Shown here in pieces: positions 45,866-53,573 of a stretch of 64,000 bases of DNA. The notes beneath the pieces were generated by a model. That model was not told the origin of the DNA and ran no database searches. It saw nothing but the letters and a program-made list of their open reading frames with translations. The position numbers were made by a program, and so were the translations under genes. Position 1 is the first letter of the stretch. Each line of letters opens with the position of its first letter. Origin of the DNA: a virus; IMG/VR virus record IMGVR_UViG_3300005826_000069, positions 4,605-68,604 of that record. One strand, 5' to 3'.

Positions 45866-45907
45866 ATAGCAATTTGTGTTGCTTTCGTTAGCACAACCTG
45901 CTATATA
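45866..45907 (+). promoter_or_regulatory. Probable promoter with palindromic spacer
   Basis: ATAGCA-N6-G-TTGCTT-17-TATATA (imperfect -10); TTGTGTT...AGCACAA inverted repeat. Confidence 0.5.
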
Positions 45908-45912
45908 TGAAT

Positions 45913-46013
45913 TGCCACTGGAGACAGCTGCGTATAAGGCAGCGCCGACTCCTCCCGTGTTGGTTCTTGGGTTCGACCCAAGGAGAGCAGGTAACCACCC
46001 CTGCCCAGTGGCA
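45913..46013 (+). ncRNA. Five-way-junction structured RNA / 5' leader
   Basis: 9-bp closing stem TGCCACTGG/CCAGTGGCA encloses four hairpins. Confidence 0.65.
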
Positions 46014-46036
46014 CTATTCATTGAAGGAGGCACACC

Positions 46037-46975
46037 ATGTCATTGACCAAAGAGCAGGTCGAGTTCCGGAAGTCCGGACTCGGAGGTTCGGATGCCGGGA
46101 TTGTTCTTGGCGTTTCCAGTTACAAAGACCCGCTGACGCTGTATCTGGAGAAGCGCGGCGAAGTTGAAATCCCTTACGTGGAGACGCGCTTCCAGCGCTG
46201 GGGACATCTGCACGAAGAGTCTATCGCGCAGGCATACATGGAGGACACCGGATACAAGGTCGTCCGCTCGAATATCTCCCACCGATCCAAAACCCATCCG
46301 TTCATGATCGCCCATCTGGACCGAAAGGTGCGGAAGGCCCCGAACAAGCGCCTGCTTGAATGTAAATCCAGCGCGCTGATATGGGAGTGGGGCGAGGCTG
46401 GCACCGAGGACATCCCCCCTTCCTACATGGCTCAGTGTCAGCACTATCTGCATGTCACCGAGTCCGATCAGATCGATGTTGCTGCCCTGCTTGGCGGTAA
46501 CGACTTCCGCATCTACCCGATCATGCGCAACGAGAACTTCATCAAGCTGCTCGTGGAGGCGGAGGAGGAGTTCTGGGATCGCGTGCTGGCGGGGGTCAAG
46601 CCTGCCGCAGACTGGGAGTCAGCGTCCACCACGCGGCTCCTGACGCACCTGTATCCCGGCACCAACGGCAGTGTCGTGCGCCTGCCCCCGGTCGCCCAGA
46701 AGTATCACGAGGTGTGCGCTGACGCGAACACGCAGAAACTGATGTACGAGAAGGTCGTCACCGGGTGCCAGAACCGGATCAAGATGATGATGGGCGAAGC
46801 GTCTGTCGGCATCCTCCCTGATGGCACGATCTATACTCGAAAGGAAGTCCAGAGAAAGGGCTTCACTGTCGAGCCTACCTCGTACATGTCATTCACGCAC
46901 ACAACCAGAATTCCGAAAGACGTGCAGACCGCTATCGCTGATGGCACTGCACCACTTGTTACTGTAGACGATTAA
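46037..46975 (+). CDS. YqaJ / lambda-exonuclease-family recombination nuclease
   Basis: 'R..GLGGSDAG.vLG.S.YK.P', 'AHLDR', 'LECKS', 'Y.AQCQHYL'. Confidence 0.92.
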   Translation: MSLTKEQVEFRKSGLGGSDAGIVLGVSSYKDPLTLYLEKRGEVEIPYVETRFQRWGHLHEESIAQAYMEDTGYKVVRSNISHRSKTHPFMIAHLDRKVRKAPNKRLLECKSSALIWEWGEAGTEDIPPSYMAQCQHYLHVTESDQIDVAALLGGNDFRIYPIMRNENFIKLLVEAEEEFWDRVLAGVKPAADWESASTTRLLTHLYPGTNGSVVRLPPVAQKYHEVCADANTQKLMYEKVVTGCQNRIKMMMGEASVGILPDGTIYTRKEVQRKGFTVEPTSYMSFTHTTRIPKDVQTAIADGTAPLVTVDD

Positions 46976-46985
46976 GGAAACCGCC

Positions 46986-47423
46986 ATGACACTGAACCTG
47001 TGGAGTTGGAACAAGGAGCGGCAAGCCAGTTTCCTGCGCAAAGAAATCGCAGAGCTGGAGACCCGCCTGAGTGCCCTGCAAAACGAGCGCGTGGATTTGC
47101 TTGAGCAGCGCGATGAGCTGCAGTCGGAGGTGCGCCAGCTCAAGGAGAGCCTTGCTGACATGAAGCGCACCAAGAAGCTGGAAGACGATGAGATCAAGCA
47201 CCGGATGAAGTGCTTCGAAGAGACCGTGCAGCTGGAGAAGAAAGCCGCACTCATGGACAAGGACATCGACTGCGCAAAGAAAATCTCCGAAGCCGAGCGC
47301 AAGTACCAGTCCAAGGTCACCGATAGCTTGGAGAAGCGTGGCAGCGAGATCAAGGATATGTACGAACAGATTCTGACTCGCCTGCCAAACGTGAACTGGG
47401 AGGTCAGTGAGCGCAGAAAGTAA
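46986..47423 (+). CDS. Coiled-coil protein
   Basis: 145 aa of heptads; 'MYEQIL.RLPNVN' C-terminus. Confidence 0.7.
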   Translation: MTLNLWSWNKERQASFLRKEIAELETRLSALQNERVDLLEQRDELQSEVRQLKESLADMKRTKKLEDDEIKHRMKCFEETVQLEKKAALMDKDIDCAKKISEAERKYQSKVTDSLEKRGSEIKDMYEQILTRLPNVNWEVSERRK

Positions 47424-47429
47424 CCGCTG

Positions 47430-48029
47430 ATGACCTACGAGGCTTTCAGACATTTGATGCGCTCGCTGGGGGCGTCACCGACCAGCGCAGAGGGGATGTT
47501 GTATCGTGGGTGCGTAGTCACCGCAACGTATGATTGTTTAACCGCAACCACTGTTGTAAAGGTCGCCAAGCAATGGAATGACGCACTGGTTTATCGGTAC
47601 ATTTCCATCGAAGACCGAACCGATGGGTCGGCGGAAAAACTTCTTGGTGGTCTGGGAAAGGCGGTTGCAGAGATAAATTGTGAAATTAACATGATGATGG
47701 ATAAGCGGGACCATGCGCTGCAGCAGCTCAAAATGTGCTCAGACCGATTGGAACATCAGAAGGCCGCTCCTCCAGAGGTGACAAGAAAGGCAGCAGAGAT
47801 GGCAAGCGTCTACGACAAGCAGGCATATTTTTATGGTGCAGGCTGGGCAACTAGCTCGACGACAAGCTCCAGCAACATCGTGATTACCACTCCGGAGGTA
47901 TTCATAACTGCTGGGACACCAGCACCGTCAGTTACCGCGCGACGCAAGTCTCGGTTTAGTGAACATGGAAGTGTGCTTGAAATCCTCAGACGAGCACACA
48001 ATGAATGGGTACGTGATCTGAGATTCTGA
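47430..48029 (+). CDS. Hypothetical protein (AT-richer)
   Basis: 199-aa ORF filling the gap on the operon strand. Confidence 0.55.
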   Translation: MTYEAFRHLMRSLGASPTSAEGMLYRGCVVTATYDCLTATTVVKVAKQWNDALVYRYISIEDRTDGSAEKLLGGLGKAVAEINCEINMMMDKRDHALQQLKMCSDRLEHQKAAPPEVTRKAAEMASVYDKQAYFYGAGWATSSTTSSSNIVITTPEVFITAGTPAPSVTARRKSRFSEHGSVLEILRRAHNEWVRDLRF

Positions 48030-48040
48030 AGGAGGCAATC

Positions 48041-48844
48041 ATGAATAACGAAACATCAGTTCCGGCGAGGCTGCCGGAGAACACCCTGTCAAACGCAGAA
48101 CATCGCTTCGAGATGGCGCAGAAGATCGCGGCCAAGCTCGCAGCGTCATCGCTGGTTCCTGACGCATATCGTAACAGGCCGGAGGATGTGTTCGTCGCCA
48201 TCCAGATGGGACACGAGGTAGGGCTGGGTCCATTCCAAGCCGTCCAGTCCATCGCTGTGATCGACAACAAGCCGTGCCTGTGGGGCGACGGCATGATCGG
48301 TTTGGTGCGTGGCTCCGGGAAGTGTGAGTACATTCAGGAGACGTGGGACGACGCGACCAAGACCGCGACCTGCGCAACGCTGCGCAAGGGAGAGAAAGAG
48401 CCGCAGGTTCGCAGCTTCTCCCTGCAGGACGCTGCACTCGCCCAGCTGACCAACAAAAACAACTGGAAGAAATACCCGGCCCGGATGTGCCAGATGCGCG
48501 CTCGCGCATGGGCGTTGCGTGACACCTATGCTGACGTGCTGCGTGGTCTGGCCTCAGCGGAAGAGGTCCGTGATATCCAGCAGGTCGAGGTCGAGGAGGA
48601 GCTTCCGGAGATTCAGGTTGAGGCTGAACTGGCCAAGGATGCGCCGCTGATCGATGACGTTATAGACGACATCGCAGAGGCCCAGACCATGGCCGATCTC
48701 ATCAAGGCTGGAGATAAGGCCAAGTCCCTGTGGCACGTTGATGATCAGGAGGCCGCTCGCAAAGCCTACAAGGCCCGTCGCGAAACGCTGATAAAGGAGG
48801 CCAAGGATGCGGAAGAGAGCGCCGATAAAGCACCGGGGAAGTAG
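48041..48844 (+). CDS. recT: RecT-like single-strand annealing protein
   Basis: 'AIQMG.EVGL.P.QAvQSIAVI..KP.LWGD', 'WKKYP.RM..MRAR..ALRD.YaDVL.GL'. Confidence 0.8.
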   Translation: MNNETSVPARLPENTLSNAEHRFEMAQKIAAKLAASSLVPDAYRNRPEDVFVAIQMGHEVGLGPFQAVQSIAVIDNKPCLWGDGMIGLVRGSGKCEYIQETWDDATKTATCATLRKGEKEPQVRSFSLQDAALAQLTNKNNWKKYPARMCQMRARAWALRDTYADVLRGLASAEEVRDIQQVEVEEELPEIQVEAELAKDAPLIDDVIDDIAEAQTMADLIKAGDKAKSLWHVDDQEAARKAYKARRETLIKEAKDAEESADKAPGK

Positions 48845-49054
48845 CTTTGTTTATGGCGCACGGTACGTGAAGAAGCCGGACTCGAAGTCCGATATCTATC
48901 ACATCATTGCCGTGCGCCAGCCGAAGGATTCCACTGGGCCGAACGCGCGCGGGTATCTGGCCTGTGGGGCTATCTATCAGCGCTACTACTTTGATCAAGA
49001 GCACAAGACCCCGCCATCGGGAATGCGGTGCTGCAAGAATTGCGACAGGAGACG

Positions 49055-49468
49055 ATGATGCCAAGCCTGAACAGAATCATGATTATGGGACATCTGGGTG
49101 GCGATCCGGACGTGCGTTATTTGCCGTCCGGCGCTCAGATCACGACGTTCTCTGTTGCCACCACAGAGAAGTGGACGGATCGGGACACTAACGAGAAGCG
49201 AGAGCGAACCACATGGCACAAGGTGGATTGCTTCGGCGGTACTGCGGAGTTCGCAAGCAAGCACCTGTACAAGGGGCAGCTTGTCTATGTCGAAGGCAAG
49301 CAGTACCACGAGCGGATCGAGCGCGATGGCGTCGTCCGCTACTTCGCGTCCATCAAATGCGATGAGCTGAAGCCTCTGCAGTGGCGCGATGACAACTCGC
49401 CCCGCCCAACGAAGCAGCAACCAGAGGGTCGTCCACAGCCAGCGCTGGATGACGACATACCATTCTGA
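49055..49468 (+). CDS. ssb: Single-stranded DNA-binding protein
   Basis: 'LNRIMIMGHLGGDPDVRY', 'TTWH', 'KGQLVYVEG', C-terminal DDDIPF. Confidence 0.93.
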   Translation: MMPSLNRIMIMGHLGGDPDVRYLPSGAQITTFSVATTEKWTDRDTNEKRERTTWHKVDCFGGTAEFASKHLYKGQLVYVEGKQYHERIERDGVVRYFASIKCDELKPLQWRDDNSPRPTKQQPEGRPQPALDDDIPF

Positions 49469-49535
49469 TGGGTAAGCAAAAGAGCGACCGCCCAGTGATG
49501 CTCCCGGCCTACCTCAACTGGGGGATAGAGGACAC

Positions 49536-49964
49536 ATGTCTGAAGAAAACAGAGCAAGCGAGAAGGTGGATGAAGCAGCACGGGATCACGCCGCTTTTAC
49601 AAAGGTACGGGAAAGCGCAGCAGAAAAGCTGACCGCATCTTGGAAGTGCGTGGTTGCTGAGGCGGACGAGTATCCGTTCGATTGGATATTCGTCCGCAAC
49701 GACATCCCAGCGACTTTGGCCTCGTACCATCAGCATAAGACCAAGGGCAACGTCCTGATACCTGCTCACCGCTGGTACAACCTGAGAACGTGGTCGGTGA
49801 ATTTCATGCTGCCACACATCTGGATCGTAGACATGTTCGCCAGCGGATTGCGCTACAAGCTCTATCCGCAGCACTCTGGATTCAGGCCACCGACGATGTT
49901 CAAGGACGGCGTGCTTTACATCACCCTTGGTCAGAACGACTTCGATATATTGCGAGACCAGTGA
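49536..49964 (+). CDS. Hypothetical protein (possibly nuclease-like)
   Basis: GAGGA RBS; loosely resembles the 39787-40266 protein type. Confidence 0.55.
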   Translation: MSEENRASEKVDEAARDHAAFTKVRESAAEKLTASWKCVVAEADEYPFDWIFVRNDIPATLASYHQHKTKGNVLIPAHRWYNLRTWSVNFMLPHIWIVDMFASGLRYKLYPQHSGFRPPTMFKDGVLYITLGQNDFDILRDQ

Positions 49965-50257
49965 TGTCAGTGAAATGCAGAAAATGCGGAGGGCCAATCA
50001 CGTTTGTCGAGATCACCGAAGGCGCAGGCAAAGGCAAGCTGTGCCCGAAGAACCTCGATGGCTCAGATCACTGGGACGACTGCAGTGAAAATCAGCATAC
50101 CGGGCGCTACGGAGATCAGTACAAATCATTCAAGGCCACTTATCGCGGACCAAGCGCGAAGCGGTCAGCAGAAGACCGGGCTGTTTTCGAGGAGTCTGTA
50201 ACCGTGGGCAAGGACTATAGAGCGACAGAAGATGACGGCAGCTTGCCGTGGGATTGA
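49964..50257 (+). CDS. Zinc-binding hypothetical protein
   Basis: MSVKCRKCGGPI.F...P.N.DGS.HW..C; ends DGSLPWD. Confidence 0.65.
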   Translation: MSVKCRKCGGPITFVEITEGAGKGKLCPKNLDGSDHWDDCSENQHTGRYGDQYKSFKATYRGPSAKRSAEDRAVFEESVTVGKDYRATEDDGSLPWD

Positions 50258-50269
50258 AGGAGGAACGCC

Positions 50270-50479
50270 ATGAACATTCTATTTGCACTGGTCACGATCC
50301 TTGGTCAACAGCCATGGTGTATGACCGACGGTGACAGCTACGACTGTTACTACTACAACCCCGCCCAGTGTCAGCAGGTCGTATCCAGATACGGTAGCTA
50401 CTATTGGTGCGAAAGGAACCCCGGCGTGTACAGCATCGAGGACGATGACGAAGACGACCCGTGGGATCGACGTTATTGA
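50270..50479 (+). CDS. Small exported Cys-rich protein (DUF3551-like)
   Basis: 'PWC......C.Y....QC.........C..NP'; GAAGGAGG RBS. Confidence 0.6.
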   Translation: MNILFALVTILGQQPWCMTDGDSYDCYYYNPAQCQQVVSRYGSYYWCERNPGVYSIEDDDEDDPWDRRY

Positions 50480-50539
50480 TATTGCGCAAGTCCGAGGCTT
50501 TATCTCGACAATGCGCTGGAATCTGGTAGTGTTTTTCTA

Positions 50540-50612
50540 GGCGGGGCGACGACTCCCCCAAATGGTCAGGGCTGTCAAAGGTTGCCTCCTTCAGCAGCCC
50601 AGTCGCCCCGCC
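50540..50612. ncRNA. Structured element at the convergent junction containing an anti-SD sequence
   Basis: 11-bp closing stem GGCGGGGCGAC/GTCGCCCCGCC; inner GGGCTG/CAGCCC arm holds GTTGCCTCCTTCAG. Confidence 0.55.
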
Positions 50613-50616
50613 GCCT

Positions 50617-50799
50617 TTACCAGCCTGTGAATGCCACCAGCATTCCCGAAGCCGCGCCGTAGAACAAAATCATCTCGGCAATATCCCCCAGCGGATCGGT
50701 CATCCGGAACCAGATAAACGCGAAAACCATCATCACCACGGCGAGCATGGGCGCGACCGGCAGGAAAAGCATTGCCACCATCATGAAAAAAGTTGTCAT
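50617..50799 (-). CDS. Small membrane protein
   Basis: 60 aa, almost entirely hydrophobic. Confidence 0.5.
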   Translation of the reverse strand: MTTFFMMVAMLFLPVAPMLAVVMMVFAFIWFRMTDPLGDIAEMILFYGAASGMLVAFTGW

Positions 50800-50834
50800 T
50801 GAATTGCTAACCTGCTTATCAGATAATGTTAACC

Positions 50835-51032
50835 ATGATCACTCAGCTGCTCACCAAACTGTCCGAACCTGTGGTACTGCGTCACGTCGCGTACCGCTGT
50901 GGTTGCGTGCGCACCTTCGATGGCAAGGAGGCGACTCCCGGAATGTGCCCCGAGCACAAGGCTGGAATGACCTCGCACACCGAAGAGCTGGTGCAGATTA
51001 CTGCCCAGCCAAGTGAAGCAGTACGGCCTTGA
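50835..51032 (+). CDS. Small Cys/His hypothetical protein
   Basis: YRCGC...CPEH; follows an AT-rich spacer. Confidence 0.4.
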   Translation: MITQLLTKLSEPVVLRHVAYRCGCVRTFDGKEATPGMCPEHKAGMTSHTEELVQITAQPSEAVRP

Positions 51033-51315
51033 CATCCTGATTCAGCTCTTTAACGCTGTCGTCGAGGCTGTCTACCGATCCTTCGAGGTCTTCAACGTCG
51101 TTGCGGAGTAGCGCGATGTCCTTCGGGACATCCGCTCCCGTGGCGGCCTTGACCCCCTCTGCGATCTTCTTGTCGATCCAGAGTTCCGAGTAACCGAACA
51201 GGAACACGGCCATCGCCGCGTAGACGGGCCAGCCATCGAGAAGGCGCTTCCACCAGACGCGGATGTCCCAGCGCCTCTCCTCGCTGACGGTGATGGTGTG
51301 GGTGGAGTCAGTCAT
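50998..51315 (-). CDS. Membrane-anchored coiled-coil protein (lysis-module associated)
   Basis: One TM segment plus heptads; GAGG RBS. Confidence 0.6.
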   Translation of the reverse strand: MTDSTHTITVSEERRWDIRVWWKRLLDGWPVYAAMAVFLFGYSELWIDKKIAEGVKAATGADVPKDIALLRNDVEDLEGSVDSLDDSVKELNQDVKAVLLHLAGQ

Positions 51316-52255
51316 TCTTGTAGCCTCTCTTCTCGACTAGGGCTTTGAACTTGGCTTTGGCCTCCGCCTCTTGCGCCGCCTCTTCAGCCTGCTTTTGCTT
51401 CAGCCGCTCGGTCTCCCGGCGCAGCCGCTCGATCTCTGCCTGCTGCATCTGGATCAACGTCTGCTGCTGCGCCTGCTTCTCGATCACCAGCTCCTGTTGC
51501 TCGGCCAGCTCCATCTGTTCCAGCTGCGAGTCGGCTGTCTCCACGAAAACCTCTTCCTCGTCCGCCATCAGGTAAGCGCTCGCAGCGCTCTCCTGCGCCG
51601 CCAGCACGCCTTGGTAGCCTGCGTATTTGCGGTCGATACAAATCTGCCGCTGGTCATCCCCGGACACATCGTAGGCAATGGCCTTGCGGTTGAACTTGCT
51701 GGCGCAGAACAGACGCGCCTTGTCGATCAGGACCTGCTCCGCTTCCGCCATGCGAGTCGCCCAGCAGTCTTTGTTCAGCCGATGAATGCCGAGGAAGCCA
51801 CCGCCGCCGCCGCCGCTCCCGCCGCCCTGAAGGCCGACAAAGCATTCGCTGGCCTGCGGGAACCCGGTAGAGAAGCTGAAGACCTCGGTCTTGTTGTTGG
51901 TGGAGACCTTGGTATCACCGCCTGAGACAGTGCCGCTGTTCACCGAGGCGGTCGATCCGGCCTCGGCTCCGGCTTGGGAGCTGGCATTCGAGGCCGCCGA
52001 GCTGTCTCCGGCTTCGCCGCCAAGCCCTCCAGCGCCGCCAGCGCCGCCAGAACCGCCATGACCCCCGGCACCCCCAGCGCCCCCAGCGCCTCCGTGCCCT
52101 CCACGGCCTCCTGAGCCGCCGTCGCCGCCCTCCATAATGATGATCGGCTGGTCGTTATGGCCGCCCCTGTCGTAACCTCCGCCGTTATGATCTTCCCCCG
52201 CCATGATCGGGCCGCAGACGGCAATCAATGCCGTCAGAATCCAGATTCTCCACAT
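51308..52255 (-). CDS. Exported Gly-rich, Cys-containing, coiled-coil protein
   Basis: Signal peptide, GGx repeats, four-Cys central domain, Gln/Glu coiled coil. Confidence 0.65.
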   Translation of the reverse strand: MWRIWILTALIAVCGPIMAGEDHNGGGYDRGGHNDQPIIIMEGGDGGSGGRGGHGGAGGAGGAGGHGGSGGAGGAGGLGGEAGDSSAASNASSQAGAEAGSTASVNSGTVSGGDTKVSTNNKTEVFSFSTGFPQASECFVGLQGGGSGGGGGGFLGIHRLNKDCWATRMAEAEQVLIDKARLFCASKFNRKAIAYDVSGDDQRQICIDRKYAGYQGVLAAQESAASAYLMADEEEVFVETADSQLEQMELAEQQELVIEKQAQQQTLIQMQQAEIERLRRETERLKQKQAEEAAQEAEAKAKFKALVEKRGYKND

Positions 52256-52261
52256 GCTCTC

Positions 52262-52765
52262 TTACCCCTTCGCTAGAATCATTTCCCGAATGCTGGCCAT
52301 TGGGGCTTGCATGTCGGGCACATTTCCCTTCCAGTACGCAGCGGTTTTCTCGATCCCGCGCATCCCCATGTACCACAGGGCAGGCCCCGCAATCGTACCA
52401 AAGATCACCGGGTCGAAGCTCAGCACGGCATCAGCGCCACGGACTACCTGCTCACCAAAGCTCAGCAGCGCATAGCCGATGGCCAGCCGCCATGACTCGA
52501 TAGCAATCTTGGGTCTCGCGCGCTTGGTGTAGATATCCGACTGGTTGAGCGCCGCCTGATGGGTTCGCTCCGTCTCCTGTGCGGTCATCTCCTGCTGCAG
52601 CCTGACCTGAGTCGTCGAGTCGATCAGTGTCTTCTCGATGTCATGCTTGAGCTTGTTCGCGAGGTCCTTGTCCGTCACAGCCTGATCGATCACGTCACCG
52701 ATCTTTCCGCCGAGACTCCCAAGGATCGCCTTCACGCCAGCGCCGAGTATTGCGGGGATTGGCAT
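52262..52765 (-). CDS. 3TM-type (GTA-like) holin family protein
   Basis: 'VIDQAVTDKD...KL', 'S..YTKRARP', 'YMGMRGIEK' motifs. Confidence 0.7.
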   Translation of the reverse strand: MPIPAILGAGVKAILGSLGGKIGDVIDQAVTDKDLANKLKHDIEKTLIDSTTQVRLQQEMTAQETERTHQAALNQSDIYTKRARPKIAIESWRLAIGYALLSFGEQVVRGADAVLSFDPVIFGTIAGPALWYMGMRGIEKTAAYWKGNVPDMQAPMASIREMILAKG

Positions 52766-52770
52766 AACGG

Positions 52771-53070
52771 TTACCTCGGTCCTTTGCTGGCGAGCTTGGC
52801 CCTGTCGCCAAGAATATCGCCAGCTGAATTGGCCATGTACCCGGCCATGAATGCGGTAAGCATGGACAGCTCACCCATCTCGTGAAGAGAGACGAACAGT
52901 ACAATCGCGCCGATCACCATAAGTCCCATCTGGTATGGGTACTTCAGGAGATAATCCTTCAACCCGATTGAGTGCTCTGTCTTGCGCGCGGTCACCAACT
53001 CCTTCAGGACGTGAAACGCCACGCCGCACAGCGTCATCGCCGCAGCGATACCAATATCCAACGGGGTCAT
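52771..53070 (-). CDS. Putative holin (three TM segments)
   Basis: MTPLDIG start with ATGA overlap on the endolysin stop; GGAGG RBS. Confidence 0.6.
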   Translation of the reverse strand: MTPLDIGIAAAMTLCGVAFHVLKELVTARKTEHSIGLKDYLLKYPYQMGLMVIGAIVLFVSLHEMGELSMLTAFMAGYMANSAGDILGDRAKLASKGPR

Positions 53071-53573
53071 GAGTACGCCCTCCGTAACCATCCCTTGATG
53101 AATGCTTCGTTGCTGGGCTTCTTCATCACCAGCCCACGGTAGAACCCGGCCTGCGTTGCGCGTATTGCGGCCAGCATGGTATCGACCTCTGCGCTGTTGA
53201 TCGCCTGCAAGGTCTTCTGGCCGATGACTCCATCGTCCTCGATGTTCTTTCCGCACGCTTGGCACGCACGCTGCACTAGCTTGACCGCCTGCCTCTCGCC
53301 CATGTTGACGGCCATGTCGAATACCTTCGCCGCCACGTCCTTCTCATGGATCAAGTCGTACTCTGGCTTCCAGAAATACTTCTCATACAGGTCGAGCACG
53401 CGCTCCTTGGTCAGGCCAATGATCGTAGATGCCGTGGCCTCCGGGTCCACGTGCTCCTTGTACCACCGAAGACTGATGCCCATCTGCGTTGCGCCACCGG
53501 GATCAGCTGGATGATCGATATAGCCGCCCTCGTGCTGCAGCGTCTTCTCGATAGCGTATTCGAACTTAGTCAT
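53067..53573 (-). CDS. Endolysin, glycoside hydrolase family 108 with peptidoglycan-binding domain
   Basis: 'HEGGYIDHPADPGGATQMGI', 'FDMAVNMG', 'DGVIG..TL', 'F.KGWLRR'. Confidence 0.93.
   Translation of the reverse strand: MTKFEYAIEKTLQHEGGYIDHPADPGGATQMGISLRWYKEHVDPEATASTIIGLTKERVLDLYEKYFWKPEYDLIHEKDVAAKVFDMAVNMGERQAVKLVQRACQACGKNIEDDGVIGQKTLQAINSAEVDTMLAAIRATQAGFYRGLVMKKPSNEAFIKGWLRRAYS

Noticed and set aside
45134-46033. 299-aa minus-strand ORF
   Set aside because: Antisense to the Ro fragment, protease and structured RNA, all of which have motif or RBS support.
50790-50830. Promoter with TTATC-A-GATAA palindrome
   Set aside because: The palindrome is real but -35/-10 spacing is non-canonical, so it is not called.
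52771-53265. 164-aa version of the holin ORF
   Set aside because: The 5' part overlaps the endolysin; the RBS and ATGA coupling support a start at 53070.
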